Source of the DNA: Dimorphilus gyrociliatus
Taxonomy: Eukaryota; Animalia; Annelida
Reading direction: 5' to 3'
NCBI GenBank assembly: GCA_904063045.1
Contig: CAJFCJ010000007.1
Span: 3,045,404 to 3,109,403 of the forward strand
DNA: 64,000 bases
Below are positions 1 to 14,564 of the stretch, in pieces (position 1 is the first letter of the stretch; every line of letters starts with the position of its first letter). The notes beneath the pieces were generated by a model. It had not been told where the DNA came from. It searched no databases and saw only the letters and a list, made by a program, of their open reading frames with translations. A program made the position numbers and the translations under genes.

Positions 1-166
1 AAACAAGAAATTTAGCCTATTTGAAATAAACATTAACAGTTCCAAAATTAGAGCTTTTGTAGTTTTATATATTTAGGGTGATATGTATTAAAGAGTTATA
101 TTGATATTTTCCTTAGTTATCGGCCTAGTTTTGAAATTTAACAATGTTGATTTTATTATTAACATC

Positions 167-1452
167 ATGAAAATAACAATTTCTTCATTTTATGGCTTAA
201 AGCGATATGTTAAGTGCATTCTAGTTCTAACAATATCGGTATTCTGTGTTATTATATCCTATTGGTACGGAGGTGGAGATTGCTCAGCATCTTCGAAATT
301 GATAGATGAACTGGTAAATTGACTGAATACTCTTGCAACATGAAGTATAAAAATTAAAAATATCCTTTCCAGTGTCTACAATATAACGAAAAGCATGTAA
401 TAGGTGAACTCTGTGCTAACATCTGTGAACCGGATTTCATTCCAAACTCATGTATAAGTTCGTACAATGGTCAGTAATTTTTTAAATTTACAATATAAAC
501 TGATATATAATCATTTTTCCCAACAGATAAGACTATCATCTTCGGTCAAATTGATGGAAATGATATAGTTATCAAGAAAAAACCTCTACAATTCGAAATA
601 GATCTAAATGTTGCAAATAGTAAAGATTTTAATAAAATAATAAGCGAATCAACTCTAATAAATCATAACATCAATCTTAGTGAAAACGTAGATATTTCTG
701 AAGCTTTGATAAGCAACTGTAAATCACAAAATAATGAAAAGAGCTGCAAGAAGATAGCATGGACGTTACACTATCAAACAGAGTATAGCCTAATGAAATT
801 GTTACCTAATCAATTTTTTCCAATTATTTATAATAATTGCGGAAGTTTTTATTGTGTTGAAAAGACTTTTCTACCTTTCTATATAAATACTAGTTTGAAA
901 TCAATGGTAAAGCTATTCTTGTATCATAAGTTGTCGAGGACTGAGCATGTTGAACGTTTAAAAATAGCTTATCAATTTCTAGAAATGGTCTCTTACTTTA
1001 AAAGTAATTTTACGGAAGAATTGCATATTTGTGATATAAAATTTGATAATTTTGGATTAGTTTACAAAAATAATAGAGATATTCAGTTAAAAGTAATTGA
1101 TTTGGATTCGGCCTTCTTGTCAACAAAACTATACGATACATTTGAAATGATTAATTGCTCGGATAATGGTCAGTGTAAGTTATTCGACTGTTTAGGTTAT
1201 TGTGACAAACAGGCTGGAAATTGTAAAAGGATAAGAAGAAATGATAATTTACAAGTTATATGTCTCAAAATTTTTCTTTCTCACTTTACTAACCTATTTT
1301 CGGGTTTATTAAGTATTAACAAAAAGGATATGGAAGATCTGATAAAAATTATAAACGTTTGTTCTAAATCAATGACCGCTTTCAACAAACTACATCAGTT
1401 AAAAAATTCCATTACAAATGTACTGCATAAATTGGAACATGAAACCAGTTAG
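167..1452 (+). CDS. DIPK1: Divergent protein kinase domain protein (FAM69/DIPK1 family), type II membrane, 3 exons (167-313, 373-469, 527-1452)
   Basis: N-terminal TM (VKCILVLTISVFCVIISYW) is followed by the Cys-rich 'C..Y...VIGELCANIC' segment and the kinase-like HICDIKFDNF and VIDLD motifs. The C-terminal 'C....QC..FDC...C......C......NLQVIC..IF' is typical of FAM69. Introns 314-372 and 470-526 are GT-AG and keep frame. Confidence 0.85.
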
Positions 1453-1869
1453 CGAATCCCAAGAGAAATAAACTTTCGTTTTTGTTTGTTTCTTATCTTT
1501 CCTTCCAAAAAAATTTTTTTAATTATGTTTCTTTTTTTCTAAGTAAATGAGAAACGAAAAAAAAATGATAATTTACGACTTTAGTTTCCGATATTTTGTA
1601 ACAGATTAACTAGATAGTTTTAAACTTAAATTTTTATTTTGTTAGAGTACCAACGACGTTTATTAGACGTCTGAATTACGAACAATGTACAATACAATAT
1701 TCTGTAAAATAAACATTAATGGCACGGAATAAAAATCAAATTAATTTATCTCTTTAACAGATGCATTCTAGTCCAATTTTTAGTACAAAATTGTTCTTTA
1801 ATTTTAAAGATTCGTAAAAAAAAATAGAGAAAAATCGGTGAAAAATATTTGGAAACTGTAAAATAAATG

Positions 1870-4800
1870 CTAGCATTGCGACTCATCATCGCAATTAGAG
1901 GAAGTTATCTTTTCACGATTATTGGAAACTCCTCTAAGATACTGTAGACTATATTTTTTCAAAAGTTCTTTGCACCTTCCAGTATCATTTTGGTATGATT
2001 CTAAAATATTATTAATATATCCAAGTTCTGCTTTTTTACTCTGAAAGCAAAACATGTGATTTAAATACCTTGTTATTTTGTCGAATAAGGCTTTATACAG
2101 ACCTCTAGTTTTTCTTCATACATGCTCTTTTTCTCTTCTAATTCAACTTTTTGTTGTCGACGATGTATAATCTCAGATGTACCCATATCATCTAATTCTT
2201 CTCTACTAGAAGTAACTGACTTTTGGGATCTATTGGACGATTCGTCGTCCGTATCACTATATGCCTCATCTCTGTCAGCTTCTTCCTCGGTTTTCTTATA
2301 AAGAGTATGAGCAGCTTGTAAATTTAACAACCAACTACAGAGAAAATAAAAATTTATCAAAGTTACTATCAAGTCTTATCGTTGTTAATTATGGAACACC
2401 TACTTGTGGAAATCAGCTTGTGCAGTAGCAAAATAAACAGTTTTCTGTGGATCATTTTTTTGTCCGATTTCAATTGCGCTTTTTTCAGAAAAAAAAGAAT
2501 AAGCATATAAATATTTAGCTAAATTCCAAAGAAATAAATTAAACTTACAATTTTCGCGTTACTTTACCAGGACTTACAAAATCAGCATTAGAAATTATGC
2601 ATCTTGCATGAGCTTCATTTGATTCTTGGGATTTATATACTAACAGAACGTTCTTTTTCAGAACACACCACCTTTTCGGCCAATTTGCCCCAATCAGGCT
2701 TTTCCTCTCACGTTGATACATCCAGCCCTGAAAGTCTCCTTGTCCGAGGTCTTTCACAGATATCCGTCGGTTTATTGTAGAAGTTTCCAATTCTGCACGT
2801 TTTCGAAATGAGCTTAACATTTTGTTACCCGGTTTGGCGCAGAAAGAGGAAAAAATTGTTTAGCACAGTACGATCATAGCGGGTAATGCAAAGCAGATGC
2901 GGGACTGATAGGAAACAGTTAAAGAGAGAGGTAGGCCTATATTGTTTGGCGGTTAATTTCACCAACAACTTCCTCTCGCCATTAAATTACAAATTTCTAT
3001 TGTTACAATATAAAATTAGGTATATTATATTTCATTTAAAAATGAATTATTCTATAAACTTCGATTTTAAAGACATAATTTTATCTCTTTAACCAACAAC
3101 TTTAATTCCATTATAATTATAAGAAACAGAATGTTTGCCAAAAACTAGCAGAAAGTATCGATATTATTCTTCGAACGTGCGTATATGTGTTTTAATGAAA
3201 CTAAAAATAAAAAGCTTTAATTTCTCACCAAAATTCCTTCTTATACCTTTCCGGAAAATCGAGGGAGACTGTAAAAGAAACAATTCATATTTTATTCTGA
3301 GGAGCAACTAGATAAACACCGTAATAGGCTCAAAAGCACATTCAGAATGATTAATCGACAATTGGTAAACTCATCGGTCAGCAGGAAGTGCTGATTTACA
3401 TTAGCTTATGAGAAAACCAAAAAAAATAAGACCAGCTATTTTTTTTCTCTTATCAGATATTTTAGCATCTGTCGATTTCTTAAGCTCTTATCAATCAATA
3501 TTAGCTGTAAGTCTGTCTCTCTTGAACATACCACTCTGCTTAAAGATTGAGCCGATGGCCATTTACTAAAGGATTTCGTTGGTGTAGAACTTAAATTCAT
3601 TACACTTGTACTTATTTTCAGAACTTGACGACTTCTAAAGAGGTTGTCATTCATTTTTCCGACGAATGTACAATCATAAATAGAGTAATGTGAATTTGGC
3701 CACTAATTGTAAAACTCAAGGCCAATTTATAATCGAATTAAATGAATATACTTGTATATATATATATATATTATATATATACAATATATATATGAATAGT
3801 ATATTAGCAAAGATCTACTTACTATGGACGTTGTCGATTTCGAATGTTCTCTCATTTTTACAGCTGTTATTTGCCTATATTTCGGAAGACTCATTTTAGT
3901 AAAGACAGTTTTTCTTCTTACTTCAAATTATAACAGTGAGATAGCTTTGAACAGTATGTCGTTTTGTTATTAGCATTTATAGATAATAGAATAATTTAGG
4001 AGGAATTATATGGCCCTACTATTTGTCTGTGAAGTTTTACTATTACAAATAAATGGAGTCTGTTATTGATTGTTAATGAAGCGAACTTAATCAATCGTGC
4101 AATTTTTTCAGAAGAAGGTAAAATTAATAATAAAGCATACAATTTATTGAAAATTATTCTTAACTAATAAGTATCAGTACAAATTTACAACATCTTTGAG
4201 CATAATTATATTTGGATTCTTTAAATCTTAATCTTTCCTTTAACAACAAGCCAGATTTAACACACAGAAGCCAAAATATAAATTTGGGTTACTTTTATAA
4301 TTAAAATGAAAAAAATTTAAAATTTTCTTAAGCCTCTCCTTTTTTTTACAATAAAAAAAACTATCAAATGCAGTTACACTTTATTTAACTTAAATATTCA
4401 ACTTAATCTTCATTTCGAACCTTTAAAAGTAGACAAACGGCTAATAAACCTTCTTTTTTTTTCACCCTCTCCTTTTCTTTTACCTTTTAAGGTATTTTCA
4501 ACAAATGTTTGACTGTTTAATTTACAAATAAGTAAAAATTTTGATAGAATAAATCATTTTTCTTTAAATGTACTTTGTAATTAGACTTCATACACGTAAA
4601 AAAAGTAAAAATAGATGCCTGGTTTTTAACGTGTTCTGTATGTCGTATTATCGCTCAGAGAGCAACTAATTCAACACTTAAAAAAAATATATCTTCCGTT
4701 CAATTTACCCTAAATAAATTCTTTTATAGTCTTCATTAGAATCCAATAAGTTAATGGAATAAGGCATTCCAATAGTTTGCAAAACTTGCTTGTGTTTATG

Positions 4801-7800
4801 AAACAGGATAGAATAATGTACAGTCCTTGCATGGGGCTTACGAAATGAGCATTGATTAAATTCAGCATTATTTAAGCATAAAATACTTTTTTTATATATA
4901 AAAAAAATAATAATTAACTTGGCAAATTAATTTTTCTAAACTATTCGGCCTCTTTATGTTGAATCAAATATACATAGATAAATTGAATCATAACTTCAAC
5001 AGCGCCATCTTACGTTCTCCCTTAGATAAACATATTTATGTAATATCTAAGAGGCAGTGTAAATTAATAATAAATAAAGTATATAGTTGGAAAATATATG
5101 GCAACAATTGACTATAAGAAAGTGACTATGAAGTTGTATGATCTACATTTATCTATGTTATTTGCCACAAGCGTTCATTCATTCGACATAAAAATATTCT
5201 CTTTTCTCTTTTAATGAAATCTTTAACGAATGCATAGCTAAAAAGAATATAATACAAATTTTTTTTCACTTTTTTTTCATCTTCAAAGCCAACCCACCTT
5301 TAATATAAATATTATGAATTTCAAAATATTGTTTACCCTTCATTATTTGTCCTCCTTGTGGAATACAACTTTTGAACCCGTAATAATCTCGGAGATCCTC
5401 CATCTGCCTCGAGGAAATAGTCCGAATTCTTTTTATTATGTAATTTTTTGGTGGGTGAAGAAGAAAGTTGAAGAGCCCCGTCGGGTGAGGAATCAGTTGA
5501 CGCTTCGGAACCGTTTGACGGTCTCTGGTTTGTTGGGCTACCTCCAGAAACAGTAGCTCTCCTTTGTTTTTCGATTGCCGAAAGACTCATTACAGATGGT
5601 AATGGTGCGTCACTGTCAAACACTTCGTCATTATCATGGTCGTCTTTAGTGTCTTCAATGCCACTGCCAGGACTTTGACTTGACGACGATGGACGAATAG
5701 AACTTGTCCTGCTTGGTAAAGTTCCACACATTTTTATCCGACCAGATCGAGAATTCTTCACTGAACGACTGGACGGTAATTTAGGACGTTTTTTGACTGT
5801 CAAATGAATTTCCTTATTCTCTTGTTGGTTTTGTAAAAGTTCAACAAGTTTTGGTAAACTCCAACCAACGATAGTTTGTCTATTCACTTGAATCAATTCG
5901 TCTCCAAATTCTAGCTTGCCAGACAATTTAGCAGGGGACTAAAGGGAATGAAATAATTTGCTTTGTTTTCCTTTTTACTAATACATACAAAAACAATAAA
6001 ATAAACCCCATTATACCCTATTTTAGTAATAAATACTATAGGTAATAAAATATATTTGATAGATTGGCCACACTGATTTTATTTTAATCGTCTGATTGAC
6101 AAATTATTAATTTAAATTACGTAACAAAAAATAATTGGTGGCTAAAAAGTACGGGGCGGTTTTCAGCTTCAAAGAATAATCTAATCTTATCAGCTCTACC
6201 AAATGGCAGTATTCTTTAAAAAACAGAACAATTTATAACAGAGTATAGATAAGAAAACAAGTGAAATAAGACAAGTATGAAATTTTCCTTTTCATATTTT
6301 TATAGTACATATTTATATGTTAATTAAGTAGATAATGAAAGATACTTACATTATCTTTAACATCTTCAATCATATGAGTTCCATAGTGAGTTGATTGAAT
6401 GTGTATTCCCTATTATGAAACATATAATATTTCGTTATATATTAACATAAAATATAATTACTACTACTTTTTATTTTTAAAAGCAAAAAGAGTGAAATAG
6501 CTATTGAAATATTTGGCCAGATAAGGATGGATAGATAGAATATAGCGTATTTGTCTTAAATAGTCATTATCAATGCAATTTTCGAAAGGATAGATTTTTA
6601 TAAAACAGCGGGTAAAAACAAATATGCAGAGTGCAATATATAACTATGTACAATCATTTAGCAGGGATAATGATCTGTTCTTAGAGAATGGTCTCCATAA
6701 ATATATTATTAGTAACGTCTCTACATGACAGATCATAATTAAGAAGGTATTAGGAGCTATCAAAGACTCTTCTAGTAAAATTGTTCAGTATTAAAAAAGC
6801 GTCTAGAGCATGCGTAGATGAAACTATTATAAAATTAAAAATTATAAAAAAAAAGACTGATCAGCGTCTCGATATCTCGTACCAAAAAATAAATGACGAA
6901 AACTTCTTCTTCAAAATTATCAGAATCCCTCCGAGAATCCAAGCGTTTCGTGTATTGTCCCCCCAATACTTTCTGATTAAACATCTTAACAATATAAACA
7001 ACAGTCATGGACAATGCAGATATGAGAAAGAAGAAAACTCAAGAGAACATTGTGATATGTAATCTTCTATTCCTTTCATCCTTATATGTTTCTATACAAT
7101 TGCCATTTTATTCTATTCTATTCTAATGAGAATTTTTAATGTACATTAAGCGAGCTATGTTTGGTAGAAGGAGAGTTAGCAAATCTAAATGGTAATTTTA
7201 GAATATATAAGGTAAACGGTTGAGTGGCTTGACTCACTATTCCCTCCCCTTACCCGTTTCTCTCTCATATCTACGTATTTTGACGAACTATTTGAGAATT
7301 GACGAAACAATAATTTTAATTTAATCATATTAAAACATTTAAGATGATTAAAAATGATTTCTATTATGCACGCAAACTTACCAATTGTTGATCCTGCTGC
7401 TTTCTAACTGTTGCTACTTCCAGCGAAGGACCCATGGTGACTAATGGATCGTTAAAATCTCGTATTATTTCATCACAGTTGGCGACAAGTTCTCCAAGCT
7501 TTAAAGGAAACAAAAACGCATAAAACGGGCGTTACTTATTAATAATTAATCTTAATTTAAATAATGTAATAAACTAACATTGGACTCTAAATAACTTTGA
7601 GTAAAGCCTCCATTATCACCTCTAGCAGCCGTTATCAATTCGATACCTAACGTGCAGATTTTCCGCCTTTTCCGAACGAATTCTTCCATTGAATCGAATG
7701 GAGATCTGTTGTTGACAAGAGAACAATATGACGTAATAGCGTTCTTTATAGAATTATTTATGTAATCATATAGTTTACCTATCGAGCCAATTAATCAACA

Positions 7801-8973
7801 CCTTTATTGCCTCAACTATATCAGAAATAGCAGACAAAACTGGAATAGCTAACTTGATTTTTTCAAAATCTCCTTTCTTTTGGTCGTCCCGCCTCTTATG
7901 GTGTTTATTATAGGACCTAGGCAAAGAAGGAGAGTCGACTCTTCCGCCATTTTGGAGTTCAGATTCAATTAACAAAGTTTTTTCGGCAGTACGAATTTTT
8001 ACTTCATTTTGTAAACTCAAGGATTTGCATCGTAGCTTAAAAGCTAAATGCTGTATGTTCTCCTGGTTGAGATCGTATTGCTACAGGAAAAAAAAGAAAT
8101 AAGAGAAAGATAAGAGAAAATTAAATGAATAAGTAAATAGAAAATTTGTTTTGCGGTGTGATATTTCCGTTGGATATTCTTTTATAAGTCACAAAAGAAA
8201 TTAAATGAAAACCAAAATCTTATCTTTATATACAAAACGGTATCCGGAAAGAGTTCAAAGTAAACTAACGATTACAACCAATGATTCAACAAAACCTATC
8301 TTGTAAAACACCACGCATTTTTTTTTATTGTAATGAGAGAGTTGCCTATATTGTCTTTAAAGATATGTTAATACTTTCTCTCCTATTCTTATACAAACTA
8401 GGATAACATAGCTGCTCAATACGGTAGAATTCACTCAGAACGAGTAATTTAGTATATATTCCTAAGTAATCATTAGAAAAAGATTCTAAAGAAAGTACAT
8501 TATACAATCAAATATCTACAAAAAATAGCAAAATAAAGTTAATCCCTTGATAAGTAATATTAATTTTCGTATAAAAATTATTTTTTAATCTTTATAGAAC
8601 CTACATATAGTAATTTATTTATATTTACCAAAGAATTTAGCAGTTGAATCGCTTGAATTATCAGTTCCTGGTGCCCAATTTTTTCCAATTTCAAATTTCT
8701 GAGATCAGCATGAGTTAAATCCTAAATTGGATATTAGTCTTAATTTTCTTTTCTATTTCAACATTTCGAATACTTACTAATAATTTTTTACCGTTAACAT
8801 TATTAGTAATAAATGTCTTTACATAAGGTCTGATGAAGTCTTCTAGTCCTAAACAAAAAGATATTTATTGAAAATCGAGGATCGCTGTTGAAAAATTAAA
8901 CTATTTTACCTTTTAACCATTCGCCGACTTCGTACGGCGTCCAGCTTGAGATATTAGTTTGTATGATAGACAT
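1870..8973 (-). CDS. CNKSR: Connector enhancer of KSR (CNK/CNKSR): SAM-CRIC-PDZ-PH-coiled coil, multi-exon
   Basis: ATG 8973 gives MSIIQTNISSWTPYEVGEWLKG|LEDFIRPY..|..IGHQELIIQAI (SAM). This is followed by LINWLDR|SPF (CRIC), GIHIQSTHYGTHMI|SPAKLSGKLEFGDELIQVN (PDZ) and RRISVKDLGQGDFQGW..W..RWCVLK..FAIEI..VYFA (PH). Exons join in frame. The middle exons at 3.2-3.9 kb are less certain. Confidence 0.88.
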
Positions 8974-9911
8974 AATTTGATGAAAAAAGTCATAATTTAT
9001 TATTCTGCATTAACCATTTGTCCGTGACCTTTATCTACTGTGTGGTGCGTAGTTCTGCTCAAACATTACGGATTCTGTCAAACATAGAATAATATGGTGT
9101 CAGAAAGAAATTTAAAAATTGGAACTGGTACCACACTGTTTCTAGAAAAAAGAAAAGAAAACAACCTCGATTTCTTTGTATAAAGGATTGCGCCAAGAAA
9201 AAAAATGACCTCACTCATTTTGTCCTACTTTATTTTCAAAGCCTAACTTTTTATATTCAAGTCGTAATTATTAAATAAAACACCTATAGGATACAATAGT
9301 AAAACGCCACCTTTAGTTTCAGTTTATTTTATAAAAATTCTCTTTTCAATCGTGTAATAGTTTTTATAACGATAACAGTGTCCTATTTCAATGAGATAAA
9401 CAAGAAATATACAGAGAAATTTACGCTGAAATTTTAATAGACCCGATAATCCCAACAGTTCCTATTCTTATCACTAATGGATAATGTTTATATCTTGTAA
9501 TCTAGCAACGCATAGAAACACCTACTCAATTTCAAACCAAAAGGTAAATTCAACCAAAGACTTTGCCATGCACGTTAGGTAGTAAAACGCTCCGAAGCTA
9601 TTTGCTAAGAACTTTTAAATGGAGAGTTATTTTCAAAATGTAATATACAATATTAAATATAAATGACAATTTATATTTTATTTATAATATATTACTGGTT
9701 GATCAATATACTCAATAAAAATTATTTTCATCAAATAAAACATTCGTTAATATTAATGTAAACACCATTTCAAAGACATTTTGTAATATAACTCGTTTTA
9801 TAACTCCCGCCTAAATTCTCGCAGGAAGTAGATTCCGTTTCCGTGGTGGACATTTTGTTCGTTTTGTCAACTCGCAAATTTTAACGAATATCCATAGAAA
9901 TCAACTAAAAT

Positions 9912-10522
9912 ATGTCGTAAGTAGATGTTTCTACAGAAAATCTATCATACTTTACTGATGATCTTTGTAAACCTTTATTTTAATAAATGTAGGACTTTTC
10001 TTTATTGATATTTTTTCAATATAAAATATACGTTTCCACTACGATATTTTACCGGCTTTTGTGAATTTTTCATGTTTTCCTTTTCTATTTCAAATAATAT
10101 TAATATTTTCTCCAACTAACGATTATATAAATTGAATTGATGATTATTACGTCTCTTTCAATTGCAGATCCCTACTTAACAAGCCTAAATCTGAGATGAC
10201 CCAAGACGAGCTCCAGCAAAGGGAGCAGGAGGAATTCAATACAGGACCGCTATCAGTTTTGACTCAATCTGTGAAAAATAATACACAAGTTCTAATCAAC
10301 TGCCGTAACAACAAGAAACTTCTAGGTCGTGTAAAAGCTTTCGATAGACATTGTAATATGGTTCTTGAAAATGTTAAAGAGATGTGGACAGAAACTCCTA
10401 GAACAGGAAAGGGCAAAAAGAAGGCTAAACCCGTAAATAAGGATAGATACATCTCAAAGCTATTTTTACGTGGAGACTCAGTAATTTTGGTCCTACGTAA
10501 TCCCCTTGCTTCACAAAAATAA
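9912..10522 (+). CDS. SNRPD2: Small nuclear ribonucleoprotein Sm D2, 2 exons (9912-9916, 10168-10522)
   Basis: atgtc|gtaagt...ttgcag|a gives [75 protein letters not shown], near-identical to SmD2 as I recall it. Confidence 0.97.
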
Positions 10523-10611
10523 CTTGTTTTTTTGTTTTTTACTTTGAAAAATCTGTATTTATGTTATATTAGATTCTTAAAAATATAGTATTTTGTATTT
10601 GTTACTTATGG

Positions 10612-10613
<2 letters not shown>

Positions 10614-10642
<29 letters not shown>
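10614..10642. repeat. (AT)n microsatellite
   Basis: Direct reading. Confidence 0.9.
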
Positions 10643-10645
<3 letters not shown>

Positions 10646-11379
10646 TATGTATACACAATACGCATTTGGATTTCCTTTTAATCATATTCCAATTATTAAT
10701 TAGATATTTTTAATGATATTTTCTAATTATTGTAAGCTTTCCAGTTTTAGATTTAAATGGTTAAAACTATATTTTGAACTAAAACGCAAAGAATCATCAA
10801 AGTTGAGAACATCGTCAACTGATTAATTATATGGGATGTAAACTTGATATCGTTGAACTCATTTTGTTTGTTTTCATAAACAGCATGTTTAAATGATTCA
10901 TGCATACTTTCAAAGTATTTTCAGATTAATTAAAGTCGTTCATTAAGCTAACTAGAAATTTATTCGATTCATCCTTTATAATAGATAACATAACCGGGGA
11001 AAATAATATTAAACCTTGACCTTTAATCTCTTTTTTTTCGTATTAAATAACAAACAGTTTTTTCTAAAATAATATTTTTAAATATTTTTCTAATAATATA
11101 CGTAGGTTCGTAGGTTTCAATAATCCTTCTATTAAAAATATCTGTATTTTCATATCACGTGACAATCACATGATGTATTTTCTGAGCATCAGGCGAATAT
11201 TTGTTTCAATTTAGTTGCTATTTAATAAATCATGGTGAATATGTTTAAGTAAAATGTTAAATAAGGTAAAGTAAAAGAATTCTTGAATTACCTTATTAAG
11301 AATTCAATTATAACTGAACTAAAATTAGACGTCGTTTATTTAATTTCTTTCTACAAAATTATAGTTTTTGTAATTGAAT

Positions 11380-13115
11380 ATGGAACCTCTCGGAGTTGAA
11401 AGCGAGTTCACAAATATTGAAGAATTGCCTAAGTGGTCCCAAACAGTGGCTCCAGATTATGAGATAGTTTGTAATGACCCGAATGTATTAGATAATTGCT
11501 CCTTTAAATTAGATGACGAATTGAATAGTAAAATAATAGTCTGGTGAGTGAAAGACTCAAATTATATCTTTTTCTTATAACCATTAACTTAAAAAATATG
11601 ATAGGACCGGTGACATAACTAAGTTAAAGTGCGAAGCAATTGTCAATTCAACAAGCGAGTCGTTTGGCGATAAATCTCCTCTGAATCAAAGAATTTTTGC
11701 AAAGGCTGGTCCCGAATTAAAGGAGGAAGTTCGCAGAAATATTAAAGGTTCCTATCCTAATAAATAAGTAGTATATGCAATATTATATCCAAATAAATTA
11801 CCTACTACAGTTTGTAAGACTGGAGATTCAAAACTAACGAAAGCGTATAAACTGCCTTGCCGCAGTATTATTCATACAGTTGGACCCCGGTACAATATAA
11901 GGTATAAAACTGCCGCTGAAAGTGCTCTGTTTAATTGCTATAGAAGTTGTCTAAATCTGGTTAGAGAGTACAATATTAGAACTATATCTATACCTTGTAT
12001 ACACTCAAGCAGGAGGGGCTACCCTTCATACGAAGGTGCTCATATAGCTATTCGAACAATTCGACGATTCCTTGAAACCTACGGCTCACATGTTGATTCC
12101 GTAGCATTTGTTGTAGCTGGAGAGGATGATGACGTTTATAATTCTCTAATGCCGTTATACTTTCCAAGAAATCGTGATGAAGCGATTTTCTCAGCCGTTC
12201 ACCTACCCTATGATACAGGATCTCGGGAGACCGGCGAACCAGTTATTGCAGAAAGAATTATAAGAATAGAGGGTAAACCGCAAAGGGCTCACGCTCCTGA
12301 TTTTTTAACGAGCGTAGACATTAATGAAGTTTTTGAAACATCTGTTGCGGTTGGTCGACACCCTTTTTCCAGACCTCAGGCAAATCCGGATAAAAGGCGC
12401 ACCAGACCACCAATGTCTACCGATCAAATCAATGCTTTCAATCATCATCAATTCCGATATAATCAATGGATTGCAAAAGCTAAAAGTGAAGATCTCTTCC
12501 AAGTTGAGAGATTAAGGTGGTTGTATCATTCAGGTTATGATAGAAGAGGGCGACCTGTTATAGTAGTTATTGGCAAACACTTTCGGCCATCAGTATGCAA
12601 TCCTGAAAAGGTAAATTACAGCTATTGTTATAATGCATATTGCATTAATACGTTTATTCTTCATAGGCTGTAATGCACGTAATAAGAACCATGGATTCTA
12701 TTGTTTCGAAGCCATTTGTTGTAGCCTATTTCCATACTAAAACTGAAAGGAAGCATATTCCTGAGACAGGAGTAGTTAAAGAAACTTACAACTTACTCGA
12801 TAATAGATATAAAAAGAATATGCACGCATTCTATATTTTGCACGCATCTCTTTGGACAAAAATTCAATCTTGGTTCTTTTCAACGTTTAACGTTTCAGAA
12901 ATAAAAAATCGAATAGTTCATATTCCTGGATTAGAATATCTTTATAGCAGAATTGGACCCGATCAGTTAGATTTACCATCGTTTATATTGGAGCACGATA
13001 TAACAGTTGAGTTGATTATTTAAAACAAACATATATATTCATATATTTCCTTTAAAAGGTAAACGGAACAAGATACTATTCCCCGGAACAAGATCAGACG
13101 ATAGGATTGTTTTAA
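11380..13115 (+). CDS. GDAP2: Ganglioside-induced differentiation-associated protein 2 (macro domain + CRAL-TRIO/BCH), multi-exon
   Basis: Starts MEPLG..LP.W. The macro domain reads CKTGDSKLTKAYKLPCRSIIHTVGPRYNIRYKTAAESALFNCY...HIAIRTIRRFLE...LMPLYFPR. The CRAL-TRIO part reads GYDRRGRPVIVVIGKHF...YKKNMHAFYILH. The last exon 13059-13115 is in frame. Confidence 0.93.
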
Positions 13116-13303
13116 GTTTTGTAAAGAAGCATAAAGAAATCAATCAATTAGAAATCGAATTCGCAAAAGTTGACCCAAAAAAATTTTTTTACATAATAAT
13201 AACAATAAATATGAAAAGTACTTTATTACTGTTAAATATTTGAGTTTGGAGGAAGTTTCACGAAAATAGGCAAGATAAACTTGAAACAAATAGGCCACTA
13301 GCT

Positions 13304-13308
<5 letters not shown>

Positions 13309-13339
<31 letters not shown>
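13309..13339. repeat. (TC)n microsatellite
   Basis: Direct reading. Confidence 0.9.
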
Positions 13340-13346
<7 letters not shown>

Positions 13347-13891
13347 ATTTTTCTCAACGATAAGTAACGTATCGAATTTCTAAAGTGTGTTATTTTTACG
13401 AAAATTCAACTAAATCTTTTAAGATGTGAGATTAATTTTGGTATCAGTTTATAACAACCAATTAGCAACCAAATCGGTGTAGAATTAATTGAAAATTCTT
13501 TCTGTCTTTCTTCAATTCTGTAAACGTAACATATAGATAAATTACTATTATAGCTTCTTAATAAAGTAAAGGTTGAAGTGTCTGATTAATTTTTTGTGTC
13601 TGAATTTTTGTTGAAGTAGATGAAATGTTGAAAATTTCCTTTTTTATTTTGTTTCTCTTTGATTTAATCTGGCGAATCTATTTAAGTAAATATTGAAGAA
13701 AGGAAGGGAAAGAATAGATCTAATGTTGAAAATTAGTTTATAAGAAAATTCTTCAAATAAAGAAAATTAAAGAAATGAAAGCACATTTTATTATTTTATG
13801 TTGATTGGATGCCGTGTAGGAAGGGCTAAAAAAACAACGATAATGACGATCAGGTGGTCGAAAGAGGAGGATGCTGGGGGGGTTTAATCGG

Positions 13892-13905
13892 CAACAGATG
13901 GCGCT
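13892..13905 (+). promoter_or_regulatory. CTCF-like site
   Basis: CAACAGATGGCGCT, lying between the convergent GDAP2 and scratch genes. Confidence 0.5.
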
Positions 13906-14564
13906 TACTTTCTGATTTTCCAAAACCAAAAAGACAACATACAAACCGTTTTACGTCTTCTAACAACAGTTGGTCGATAGCGATAGGCTTGTTATGACGT
14001 TTGATACGCAAAGCAAGCCGGCTCGCTTATTTATCCGAATGTCAGAATGCGTAGGTTTAGAGATGCGTATTAATCGCTTTCAAAGTTTTATCGAAGGGAA
14101 TTTTCTCATTGTAAGGGAATAAAATAGCCAATAGAGAGACATGATGAAACAATTAATCATCCTTACTCCTAATGAGACTTTTATAGTGCTTTTTTATATT
14201 TGGAAATATTTGCTCTTAGTTCTTTTTGTTTGCATGTTTTTTTTTAAATCTCATGTTCTTCTTGTTTATTGTATTCATTGAAAAGATATTTGATGAATAC
14301 ATTGAGAAATTCAAAGAGTTTTAGTAAACTATCTGTTACACTTCTAGTTTAATTACAAAGATCTTATACCAACTGAAAGCTGCTATTTTTTTCTCTGTAA
14401 GAGAATATAAGAGAGCTAATTAACAAAATAGCCTGTTAAACTATTCCAAACCTGTTTATTTATTTGTCTATACGTAAGCACCGGCATTCATATACTACAT
14501 ACTTTCAGCACATCTTGACCTTTGCATACACCTGCTACTGTTGGCACCTTGCAAAAACTGTTTA

